From the NCBI GenBank assembly GCA_000004985.1, contig GG738860.1: a DNA stretch of 64,000 nucleotides. One strand, given 5' to 3'. This DNA is from Naegleria gruberi (lineage: Eukaryota). The notes beneath the pieces were generated by a model. That model was not told the origin of the DNA and did no database searches. It was given only the letters and a program-made list of their open reading frames with translations. A program made the translations under genes and the position numbers. Of the stretch, positions 22,274 through 32,161 are shown piece by piece. Every line of letters begins with the position of its first letter. Position 1 is the stretch's first letter.

Positions 22274-24075
22274 ATGAACAAACCAACTGAAAGTGTTTCG
22301 AATAATTCTAATAATTATCACTTTACTAATGAAAGTAGTAGTAGTGGAAATACTCCTTTGAATCCTCTTTCAATATCAGCCGAAATACCAAATTCGTACC
22401 ATGTTGAACGGCACAAACTTTCGAATAATAATTCAACAAGTATACGAAATATAATTACTTCATCAGTTGGTGCTAATTCTAATCATCCTACCATGATTGC
22501 ATCTCATAACTATTCTGCTAATGGAATTGATGAACATTCTTCCATCCTACCTTCCATACATAATACTCCTTTCCAATCCAATGAGAATGTTTACTATTCG
22601 AAACCAATCTATTCCAATTTACAATCAAATTCTCCATTTCCCTCATCTTTAGCAATAACAACGATCCATGCTAACAACAACATGCAGAAAGAAAGACTTC
22701 CATCAATTAATCATGTTGTAAATTCTTCATCATCAACTATTCGAAACTCAACATCTCCTCCAACACCATTTATCTCCTCACAAGTTTCACATTCACAACA
22801 CTTTAATCAACACCTTTATGTTGAGGATCATCAGCATTCACAGTACATGATACCATCCAACCAAAATAATCAACTTTCGAATAATAATCAATTACATCCT
22901 TTTGGTGATTCCAACAAGATTTCAGTATCACCATCAGCAGGAAGTCTCGTTTCTTATCAATCACCACCACCGACACAACATGTACCATCAAACTCCATGA
23001 TTAGAAACAATTCGAAACCAAATTTGCATGTCATGAACAATAGCCACAGTAATAACAATCTTTCAAATTTTGATCAAACCAATACTTCAACTACTACCTT
23101 AATTCATCATCACCATCATCAACAACAACAATCACCAATACATGCCACACCTATCATCAATACCCAACAACAGCAACAACAAACACAACAGCAGGATAAT
23201 TATTATCACGATTTTTATGTACCCATTAAAAAGACCAACAAGTTAATGATGAACAACAATTTAAATAATCCAAATTCCCAAAATGCAACTCAAAGTGCAT
23301 CATCATCTTCATCTGCTTCTTTAATAATGAATTCTTCTTCCAATGCTCATAATAATACAACTTCTTCAAATGGAGTGCCCCTAAAATGTTCATTGTGTGA
23401 TCGTGGCATTACGAAACGATATTGGGTAAGAGATTGTAATGTGGATGTGATGAAAACATTTTCAAAGAATGAAGGTATGTTATTGTTGTGAATTTTGTGG
23501 ATGGCTTACTTGTTTTTAATATTGTTTTTTTGTAATGCCGTTGTAATGTGTGAAAAAAATGAATTTTAGCACTTGTTGGAAATTCATGTTGTAAAGCATG
23601 TTATACAAAAGCAAGAAAAATTATCAAAGCTCAAAAACCACCCTCCTCAACCTCAACCTCAACCTCAACAAATATTGATAATTCATCAGTAACAACCAAT
23701 ATAGTAGCAGCAGCAGTAGATAATAGTAATAACATCGTGAATAATTCCTCCTCTGGTGAGAATGATTCCTCATCAAATAATGTAAATAATAATGTTTCAA
23801 TTCAAACAACGACTAGTTCTGTGATGAGTGGAAATTCCACTCCAGAATCACAACAGAGTTTCAATTATCTTAATCTAGGAAGAAATTTGGAGAATTCATT
23901 GATTTCAGGTGAAGTTTTGGAAGAATTGGGTCTTGTCTTGACAAGATCAGATAGTTCAAGCTATTCATCGAGTAAGATTGGAAAAGATAAGAAAAAGTAC
24001 AATCTTCAAGTGGATAGAACTGAGGAAGAGAATGAAATTGTATTCAATATCAAGTTAAAAGTTAATAAGAAATGA
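22274..24075 (+). CDS. Asn/Gln/His/Ser-rich low-complexity protein with a Cys-x2-Cys motif at its single intron; putative zinc-finger transcription factor (2 exons, splice model uncertain)
   Basis: ORF 22229..23491 (first ATG in frame at 22274) plus ORF 23737..24075. Model A: exon 22274..23425 (...CSLCDRGITKRYW | GTAAGA donor), intron 23426..23568 (acceptor ttttAG), exon 23569..24075 in frame. Contains poly-H/poly-Q (HHHHHQQQQ..., QQQQQQTQQQ) and a (CAACCT)n tract. See finding on the alternative GTATGT donor and the GATA-like half-motif. Confidence 0.5.
23641..23670 (+). repeat. (CAACCT)n microsatellite (about 4.5 units) within or adjacent to coding sequence of the zinc-finger gene
   Basis: cctcaacctcaacctcaacctcaaca. 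It lies at the point where two reading frames of that gene diverge. Confidence 0.7.
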
Positions 24076-24076
24076 T

Positions 24077-25909
24077 TTATAATTTACTTCTCTTTTCTGC
24101 TGGAGTTTTGTAACCATCACTTTCGTTACCAATGAGATAATCAGTGGCATTGATTTGCTTGATGAGTTCAATCTTTTCCTTCGAAGGGAGAAGATTGAGT
24201 GGGTGATCTTCAACGAAAATCTTGAGAATTGAAACATTTCTGTTTGAATTCTTTGACATGCAATGTTCCAAAAGGAGAACGGCAACTTGAATGTGAGCAA
24301 TTGTGAAGGCCAAATCTCTTGCAAAGGTTGTCAATACAGCTTGATTCTTTTGGTTGGTTTTGAGATAGTCGACAACATCGTGAACTGCCTTGGTAATTCC
24401 CTTTGAAATGTGAGATACATTGGAAGATGAAGGTGAATTAGCAACACTAACAGCACGGTCAACCCAACTCTTCAAAGTATCTTGACCAGATTCAGGATGT
24501 AACAAAACTCTCAATACATCCAATGAGAGAATATTTGTTGTTCCTTCCCAAATACTCAAAACTTGAGCATCTCTTAATAAACGAGGCATTCCAGAGTCTT
24601 CAGTATAGCCAACACCTCCCAACATTTCCAATCCTTCACTCACAACTTGGAGAGATTTCTTACCAGTGTACAATTTAATGATTGGAATACACAATCTGAG
24701 AATTTGCCTTTCATTTTGATTGGCAATTCCACATTCCTCCTTACCAAGTATTCTGACACAATCCATAACAAAATGCAAACTACCAGTAGTTTCTGCTACC
24801 ATCTTTGAGAGCCATCTCAAATGGAGAGTATTGTGTGCCAAGATTTGTCCCTTATTTACAATTCTTTTTGATGCAAAATCTTGAGCAATATTTACAGCTC
24901 TTCTCATTTTGGCAACAGCACAAATTGAGTTGTAAATTCTAGTTACATTAATCATGGTTGCAATGAATTTAACACCTTGTCCACGAGGACTGATAAGAGT
25001 GGCCTTTGCATTTTTGAGTTCAATTTCAGATGTTGGCATGGCCTTGGTTCCCAACTTGTTCTTGAATTTGTGGAACAAGAGGCCATTCCAATTTTGTCCA
25101 GTTTCATCTTTGGTCTTTAAGAGGAATAGAGAAACCTTATCATCAACTTTTCCAGTCTTTTCATCTTTGATTTTAGCAAGCAAAAGAGCCATTGCAGAGT
25201 CAGAACTACCAAACCACTTGAAACCATTGAGAAGATAATCGAAATCTTTAACTTGAGTGGCAATAGTTTCACATCCAGAAACATCAGATCCACCACTCTT
25301 TTCTGTCATCCACTGATTACTAGTCCAGAATTGTTCAGGATCTCTTGATGTTAAATGTTGTCTACACTCAATCATTAATTGTTCTCTCTTCTTTTCAGCA
25401 TCAGTTAAATTAGTTTTCTTTCTTTCAGAATTGAGAACAGTTTCCAATAATTTAGAAGCTCCATCACCCATAGAAAGAGGACAAGTCTGAACAGCACAAC
25501 TTGGATCATACAAATACAATTTGGCAAATTGATAAACTCTAGCAAATTGACGAAACCTGTCACGCTCGTATCCCAAAGCAATAAGTCCTTCTCTTGCACT
25601 AGTATCATACAATTCCTTCCAAGAAGAATGCATCTCAATTCTGTCAACTCTGTTATGCCAAGCATCATAATGAATTAATTTTGGTTCATTTCTCTCAGCC
25701 AAATCAGACCATTTCCAAATAGTTGATGAAACTTTATCACCAAAAGCAGTCAAATCCTTCATAATATCATCTCGGATTGTGTTATTCTTCTTATCCAGAG
25801 AAAATATGTAACGATCGAGAATTTCCAACAAGGCTTGATCTTCAAGGAATGTATTTCCCAATGTTGGTGCTTCCAATTTGAAACTCTTTTCAAGTGAGAA
25901 AGAAGACAT
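24077..25909 (-). CDS. Acyl-CoA dehydrogenase/oxidase superfamily protein, AidB-like (about 610 aa), intronless
   Basis: C-terminal ACAD signature ...GGVGYTEDSGMPRLLRDAQVLSIWEGTTNILSLDVLRVL... and an N-terminal region like AidB / ACAD10-11 C-terminal domains. The likely start is the second Met (MSSFSLEKSF, 25909); the ORF-track Met at 25957 sits inside an AT-run. The stop at 24077 is 1 nt from the stop of the convergent gene ending 24075. Confidence 0.65.
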   Translation of the reverse strand: MSSFSLEKSFKLEAPTLGNTFLEDQALLEILDRYIFSLDKKNNTIRDDIMKDLTAFGDKVSSTIWKWSDLAERNEPKLIHYDAWHNRVDRIEMHSSWKELYDTSAREGLIALGYERDRFRQFARVYQFAKLYLYDPSCAVQTCPLSMGDGASKLLETVLNSERKKTNLTDAEKKREQLMIECRQHLTSRDPEQFWTSNQWMTEKSGGSDVSGCETIATQVKDFDYLLNGFKWFGSSDSAMALLLAKIKDEKTGKVDDKVSLFLLKTKDETGQNWNGLLFHKFKNKLGTKAMPTSEIELKNAKATLISPRGQGVKFIATMINVTRIYNSICAVAKMRRAVNIAQDFASKRIVNKGQILAHNTLHLRWLSKMVAETTGSLHFVMDCVRILGKEECGIANQNERQILRLCIPIIKLYTGKKSLQVVSEGLEMLGGVGYTEDSGMPRLLRDAQVLSIWEGTTNILSLDVLRVLLHPESGQDTLKSWVDRAVSVANSPSSSNVSHISKGITKAVHDVVDYLKTNQKNQAVLTTFARDLAFTIAHIQVAVLLLEHCMSKNSNRNVSILKIFVEDHPLNLLPSKEKIELIKQINATDYLIGNESDGYKTPAEKRSKL

Positions 25910-26195
25910 TTTCAATAAATTAATAAATAATAATATATATACAGTTATTAATAGCAATACAAAGAGAGAAATCTTTTGAGAGATGAAGATGTGAGAGGAT
26001 CCAACAAGAGAGAGATGTTTTGCTATTTTTTTTTACTATTGTAATCAAAGAGGAAGACTGGAAAAATAATGTCATTACAAAATTTGACCAAGCTTAGGTC
26101 TGGACTTGTTATTAGAAATGTTACTCCATAAATTGATGATTTCTTTAGTGATGGAGAAAAGAATTAACATGAATGGTAGATATTAGACGAAACTT

Positions 26196-26945
26196 TTAAT
26201 GAAGATTACTTTCCAATGCTTCAAAATAAATTTCATCATATAAATCCTCAACAAAAACTCTCATATGATCAACTCTCTTCTTTGCCAATTTCTTTCCAGT
26301 TTCTGTTTTCATCATTGACTCCAAGTGGAATAATTTATCATAGAAATGTTGAATGGCAGAATCGTCAGTGGTAGAAACAGTTGGTTTTGGTGTTTCCGTA
26401 ATTTTCCAATCAACCATTTCAGAAGGTGATTTGAATTGACTTGTAGGTTCATTGAGATAAATTGCTCTTCCCTTAGATCCACTAAAAACAAGACAACGAG
26501 CAACTCCAACAGCTCCAATGGCATCCAATCGATCACTATCTTGAACAACCTTCAATTCAATTGGTAATTCATTAATGTCCAATACTGTATTCTCCTTCAA
26601 TCGTTTAACTTCCTTTGAGAATGAAATATTATCAACAACAAATTGAACTCTTTCAATTAATTGATTTGGAACTTCGAGTGATGATAAATGTTCTTCGATG
26701 GCTCTCTTTGGTGTCAATGCAGTATCGGATTTTTCAACATATTTATGATCGTGAACATCATGCAAATAGGCAGCCAATTCAATAACTTGTAATTTATCTT
26801 CATCAATTACATTTTCACATTTAGCAATGTGTTTGGCTAAATTGACAACTCTTTCCACATGATTAAAATCATGAGATGCATCATACTTGGACATGATTGA
26901 TGCAACCATTTCACGGGTTTTGACAATAATACGAGTCCAATTCAT
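26196..26945 (-). CDS. HD-domain metal-dependent phosphohydrolase, YedJ / YGL101W family (249 aa)
   Basis: Motifs SHDFNHVERVVNLAKHIAK ... AAYLHDVHDHKY ... KVVQDSDRLDAIGAVGVARCLVFSG align with E. coli YedJ (AHDVCHFRRVW ... YFHDIVS ... [25 protein letters not shown]). Intronless. Confidence 0.7.
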   Translation of the reverse strand: MNWTRIIVKTREMVASIMSKYDASHDFNHVERVVNLAKHIAKCENVIDEDKLQVIELAAYLHDVHDHKYVEKSDTALTPKRAIEEHLSSLEVPNQLIERVQFVVDNISFSKEVKRLKENTVLDINELPIELKVVQDSDRLDAIGAVGVARCLVFSGSKGRAIYLNEPTSQFKSPSEMVDWKITETPKPTVSTTDDSAIQHFYDKLFHLESMMKTETGKKLAKKRVDHMRVFVEDLYDEIYFEALESNLH

Positions 26946-27469
26946 TTTCTTCTTCTTTTTGAATAGATATAATTTGCTTGAGGATCTACAACACAGTGTT
27001 GAGAGATTTGTTTGATTTTTTTTTTGAGATTTTCAATAATTATGAATTGGCCATTTATAGGGCAAAGAACTTCGACGGTGAGATGGAAGCTGCAACAATT
27101 TTTTGATTTTTAGTTCGTTACGAGTCGTGGATTGCCTTTGCTATTAATACGCACGCATCCTTTAGATTAGGTTACATGTTTTATTGTATGAATAATACTT
27201 TTAATACATTTAATTATTTAATATTCCGAATAAATTCAATTAAATTCAAATTAAATATTAAAGGAAATATTTAAATAATAATTTTTTAATTTTTATGTGA
27301 GTTTAAATCCTATTGTTGTTGTTGGAAATAACCAATTGATACGAGTGTTTAAATTGTGAGAGAGAGGGAATGATGATGTAAGAATGGAAAACTAGAGACT
27401 TGTTCGTGTGAAAAGCAAAAAGGGGAGTGTAGCATGATATATTCATATAGCAGTAGCATGGTTACTAAT

Positions 27470-27916
27470 TTACTTTTCCTTTGGTGTTTCTTCTGTTTGT
27501 TCGGAAACTTCTTCTTCTTCGATTATTTCTTCTCCTTCTTCTTGTTCACCTTCTTCGTCTTCGGAAGCTCTGACCAGAGACTTATCTTGTTCCTTTTGCT
27601 TTAACAATAATCTCTTCTTTTCTTGAATGGCAATCTTCATTTCTGGTGATAAACTATCATTCAATTCCTTCAAATTAGATTCAGTAGCATAGATAGCAAT
27701 TTTGTTTGGATACAGGAAATTTCTCATATATCCAGCCTTTACTTTAACTACTTCTCCTTCCACTAAAAATTTAAAATCCTTTTTAATAATAACATCGGTA
27801 TTAGCAACACTTCTCACGAATCGTACTTGTTGTGATTCAACAGCAACAAGGGAAGCAACAACATTGTTCTTTCTAAATGATGATGGCACTGTGGCAATTG
27901 AGAAAAGTCTCTTCAT
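27470..27916 (-). CDS. Mitochondrial ribosomal protein L9 (bL9m) with an acidic C-terminal tail
   Basis: N-domain ...KFLVEGEVVKVKAGYMRNFLYPNKIAIYAT matches the bacterial/mitochondrial L9 N-terminal consensus (G-x-VV-V-K-x-GY-x-RNFL-P). The N-terminus MKRLFSIATVPSSFRKNN looks like a presequence. Diverges by 167 bp from the AAA gene. Confidence 0.65.
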   Translation of the reverse strand: MKRLFSIATVPSSFRKNNVVASLVAVESQQVRFVRSVANTDVIIKKDFKFLVEGEVVKVKAGYMRNFLYPNKIAIYATESNLKELNDSLSPEMKIAIQEKKRLLLKQKEQDKSLVRASEDEEGEQEEGEEIIEEEEVSEQTEETPKEK

Positions 27917-28083
27917 TTTTTATTTCATTAAAAAAACAAAAATTCTCAAAGCCTTGGTTCCTTTCTTTCGTTTCTTAAGAAAATAAATATAAAGTCATTT
28001 CGGAAGGCTTTAAAGATTACATATTAATATTAAATAATTATTAAATAGAAGAAGGAGGAGAAATTAGAGGAATTTTTGAAAGG

Positions 28084-30117
28084 ATGGAAAATTCTCAACA
28101 ACAATTTAAAATTGATGTTTTTATTAGTATTAAATCATCATCGAGTCAATATATTAAGAATCATCCACTCTTGTTGAGTTATATATTAATACAATTGGTA
28201 GAACAATCAGAGAAAAAGACACTTGTCTTTACAAATTTCAATCATGTTTTGAAAACTAGTATTTCTCTTCAACAAGAAAGTGTACCAATTGAATTATCAT
28301 TCCGAAGTTTAATTGATAATATTCCAGTATCATCATTTGATTATTTATTCCCGTATACATTGACTCTGGATTCGCCATTGATATATCACTTCAAAGTTTT
28401 GGATGAACACAATGAAGGAAATAATGAATCAACAAATTCGTCATCATCACAAAAGAGAAAGAAATTCTCATGTGGAGGTCTTCAAAAAGAATATGAACAA
28501 TTGAAGAAAACATTGAAACAAATGATTGATTTACGAGAGAATAATGTCAGTGCTGGTGTATTGATACATGGTTTGTCTGGTGTAGGAAAATCACTTCTAG
28601 TTAATACAGTTTTACAAGATTTATTCCAAGAATCGTGTCAACAATCGAATAGTGAAGAAGAAGAACCAAGCATTTTCACAATACACGCATCAATGTTTTC
28701 TAGTAAGGTCTATGGTCAAAACGAAGCCAAAATGAAACAATTCTTCCAAAACCCAAACGAAGAAGGGCATTCTCAATTAATTTATTCATACAAATTTATT
28801 ATACTGGAAGATTTGGAGCAATTAGCTCCATCCAATCAAGTTATACAGGAGAGTTCACTAATGTCAAAGGGTGGTAAAAGATTGGTGAGCACTTTACTTC
28901 ATTGCTTGGATGATTGTCCAAAAAAGAGAATAATTGTAATAGGCATTACAAACCAATTCTCAAAGATTGATTCATCCATAAAGAGGTCAGGAAGATTGGA
29001 TCAAACAGTTATCGAGTGTCCAATTCCAGGAGAAGCAGAGAGACTCAGCATTTTAAAATGTATTTTTGAACAATGTAGTTTGGTAGCTGATGAAAAAGTT
29101 GTAAATAAGGTTGCTGCTGTCACACATGGTTTTGTTGGATCGGATCTGAAATCGTTATGTAATGAGGCTATTCTCCAATATTTCATGAAAACAGAGCCAG
29201 TAGCTCTCGAAGAAGAACAATCAATGATATCTTTAGATTATGAATTTTTCGAGAATGCTCTTGTTCATGTGAGGCCAAGTGCTATCAGACACATCCTTGT
29301 TGAAGTACCAAAAGTTTACTGGGATGATATTGGAGGTCAGGACAATGTCAAACAAGCTCTCAAAGAATCGATCGAATGGCCTTTCAAACACTCTGAGCAC
29401 TTTAAACGAATGAAAATAAGAGCACCAAGAGGTGTGCTTCTTTATGGACCTCCAGGTTGTTCAAAAACGCTGATGGCTAAAGCTTTAGCTACTGAGGCTA
29501 AATTGAACTTTTTGGCTGTGAGAGGTCCTGAGCTGTTCAGCAAATGGGTTGGTGAAAGTGAAAGAGCAGTCCAACAAATTTTCTCAAAGGCAAGACAAGC
29601 TGCTCCAAGCATTATCTTCTTTGATGAGATTGATGGCTTGGGAGTGGAAAGAGGAAGTGGAGGTAACTCTGTTGGTGATAGAGTTCTGTCACAATTACTC
29701 CAAGAATTGGATGGTATTGATCCTTTACAAGGAGTAACGGTAATTGCTGCTACAAATAGACCTGATTTATTGGATAAGGCTCTGCTTAGACCTGGCAGAA
29801 TTGATAGAATGCTCTACGTATCACCACCAGATGAAGCTGCAAGAAGAGAAATTGTGAAAATCCAATTGAAGAAAATGGCAAATATTGTCTCACCAGAGGA
29901 AGTGGAAAAGATTGTTCAATCGACAACTAATTACAGTGGTGCTGAAATGACAGCTCTCTGCAGAGAAGCAGCTTACATTGCACTCCAAGAAGATATCCAC
30001 GCTCAACATGTAGAGTTCAGGCATTTTGAGGAAGCTGTCAAATCAGTTCTTCCAAGAATTACTAAGGATATGCTTGAATTTTACAAGGAGTTTGCCAATA
30101 AAAACAGAGCAGATTAA
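28084..30117 (+). CDS. Two-module AAA+ ATPase (677 aa) with a degenerate D1 and canonical D2 (NVL / SPATA5L1 / Afg2-like)
   Basis: D1 has Walker A GLSGVGKS but a poor Walker B. D2 reads VYWDDIGGQDNVKQALKESIEWPF...GVLLYGPPGCSKTLMAKALATEA...IIFFDEIDGL...ATNRPDLLDKALLRPGRIDRMLYVSPPDE, i.e. classic Walker A/B, second region of homology and arginine fingers. Intronless. Confidence 0.75.
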   Translation: MENSQQQFKIDVFISIKSSSSQYIKNHPLLLSYILIQLVEQSEKKTLVFTNFNHVLKTSISLQQESVPIELSFRSLIDNIPVSSFDYLFPYTLTLDSPLIYHFKVLDEHNEGNNESTNSSSSQKRKKFSCGGLQKEYEQLKKTLKQMIDLRENNVSAGVLIHGLSGVGKSLLVNTVLQDLFQESCQQSNSEEEEPSIFTIHASMFSSKVYGQNEAKMKQFFQNPNEEGHSQLIYSYKFIILEDLEQLAPSNQVIQESSLMSKGGKRLVSTLLHCLDDCPKKRIIVIGITNQFSKIDSSIKRSGRLDQTVIECPIPGEAERLSILKCIFEQCSLVADEKVVNKVAAVTHGFVGSDLKSLCNEAILQYFMKTEPVALEEEQSMISLDYEFFENALVHVRPSAIRHILVEVPKVYWDDIGGQDNVKQALKESIEWPFKHSEHFKRMKIRAPRGVLLYGPPGCSKTLMAKALATEAKLNFLAVRGPELFSKWVGESERAVQQIFSKARQAAPSIIFFDEIDGLGVERGSGGNSVGDRVLSQLLQELDGIDPLQGVTVIAATNRPDLLDKALLRPGRIDRMLYVSPPDEAARREIVKIQLKKMANIVSPEEVEKIVQSTTNYSGAEMTALCREAAYIALQEDIHAQHVEFRHFEEAVKSVLPRITKDMLEFYKEFANKNRAD

Positions 30118-30133
30118 TATCCAAAATTGTTTT

Positions 30134-31558
30134 TTAATAGCTTTGTGGATTCCATTTTGATTTTCCAGAAATAATATCTTCAACATTGTGAGCAAATTCA
30201 TGAGGAACTTCACCATATTGAATTGACAAAATTCTGTCCCATAATTTCATAGCCAATGATTCTTCTTTTGGAGGCACTGGAATTGGATATTCCTTTCCTT
30301 GATAACTGATAGCATTGATTGGAGCAACAACACAAGCAGTACCAGCTCCGAAAGATTCAAGAATTCGTCCATTTTCGACATCCTTGATAAAATCTTCCAT
30401 AGTATAAGTAACTTCTCTAGCAGGTTGTTTGAATTCATTCTTAACAATATGAAGGACAGATGAACGTGTGACACCTGGTAAAATGACTTCTCCCAATGGT
30501 GGTGTAATCAATTCCTTTTCACCATTATCTGCAATTCTATAGAAGAAAATGTTCATTGTACCAACTTCAGTAATTTGATGGTCAGCTCCGAAAAGCCAGA
30601 GTACTTGACTGTATCCCTTTTCAATGGCTTCTAATTGTGGCATGATTGTAGGACCATAATTAGCACCAACTTTAGCATTACCAGTACCACCTGGGAAAGC
30701 TCTCACATATTTTGGATCAGCAAGTAATTTGACTGGAGCAAAACCAGACTTGAAATATGGACCAACTGGAGAACAAATCACAAATAATTTAGCATTATTT
30801 GGTGGCAAGACTCCCAAAGTACGTTCAGTACTAATCACTGTTGGACGAATGTAGAGAGAGTAACCCTTCTTAGCTGGAACCCAATCCTTTTCAACCTTGA
30901 CCAACTCAGCCATGCATTTTATGAATTCTTCTCCTTGGAAATTCTTCATAAATATATTCCGAAAGTGTTTTTATCATTTGTATCATTGTATTGTTTTTGG
31001 AGGTTGGGTAGTGTCAAGTAATTATCATCAGCACAATGATATTAAAATTAAATTAGAAAAATTGTTAGATTATTTGAAAATTCCGAAATTAAAACATACT
31101 GGTAAACCCAATCTTGCACAAGATCTATTGAGTCTGTTTGAATTCATTTCTGGTCTGAACAAAAAGACGTCTTCTCCATTCTTGTAAGCCTTCAAACCTT
31201 CAAAGCATTGAATAGCATAGTGCAGAGATGAACAAGATGGTGGAAGAGTTAAATCATGATATGGAACAATCTTTGGATTACTCCAACCCTTTTCTGAATT
31301 CCAATCAACTTCAAGCATATGATCTGTAAATTGTTTACCAAAGACAAGACCTTCCCAGGCAGGTTTTGTAAGTGGATTTGTTGTTTTTTCAATAGTCAAT
31401 GATGTATGAAGAAAATCACCATATGGACCCTTTCTAATCGAACATTTATCGTCCTTCAATTCATCAACTTGTGTCTTATGGAATGACCTAGAACAGTTGA
31501 ACAAAATTCGTTGTTGGTTAACTCTATTACAAGTGGAAGTAATCGATTTTTTGAGCAT
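30134..31558 (-). CDS. Branched-chain-amino-acid aminotransferase (BCAT, class IV PLP enzyme); 2 exons
   Basis: Exon 1 31558..31100 (...FRPEMNSNRLNRSCARLGLP | GTATGT). Intron 31099..30944 (acceptor ...atgaAG). Exon 2 30943..30134 (NFQGEEFIKCMAELVKVEKDWVP...YIRPTVIST...GGTGNAKVGANYGPT...GTMNIFFY...LPGVTRSSV...GAGTACVVAP). Phases agree with the ORF-track frames. Confidence 0.85.
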
Positions 31559-32161
31559 CTTTTGTGTTATTGTTTGTATTCTCTCTTTTTCAAAAACGTG
31601 GATGTTTACCCGACAATGCAGAGAAAATCTTTCGAGTCTGGAGTTGTTTTTTTAATGTTGGTTTTGGTGTTTGCGCACTCAAAGCATAACAATTAATTGG
31701 CCAGAATACTAACAAAGAGTTGTGGCCTCATCACCATAAACAACATGTCGAGTTTAGGAGTCTTATTTGTGCATTGGTGATGATGGTATTATAATTGTAA
31801 TATTGTGTTGAGTTAATATTTGGACACGGTTTTAATTATTGTTATTGGCGATTAGGTTTGTTGTGTGGCTTCAACGACAAGAATGAGCACCAAAGTGACT
31901 GGACTAGAGTTTACAAAAAGTTCTTGAAGAATCTCCATTTCTATTGGCGGGAATTTTGCTCCGGTTACGAACCAAGCAACGGAACAAACATGTGCTAGAC
32001 TACGGTTTTTTTAAAAGATTTTCTTAAACAATCCAGCTATTAATAAGAAGATTTTTATTAACAGGTTGCTTCGCCAAGTTGATATTTGTGGTTCCACATG
32101 TTTTAATACAGAGCTAGAGAAAATGCAATAATTTAAGTTTTAATAATAAATATATAAATAA

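Noticed and set aside
25910-25957. Upstream Met (MLLITVYILLFINLLK) proposed by the ORF track for the acyl-CoA dehydrogenase gene
   Set aside because: It lies in an A/T homopolymeric leader (ttattaatagcaatac...) and adds a hydrophobic, non-conserved peptide. The second Met (MSSFSLEKSF) aligns with the family N-terminus.
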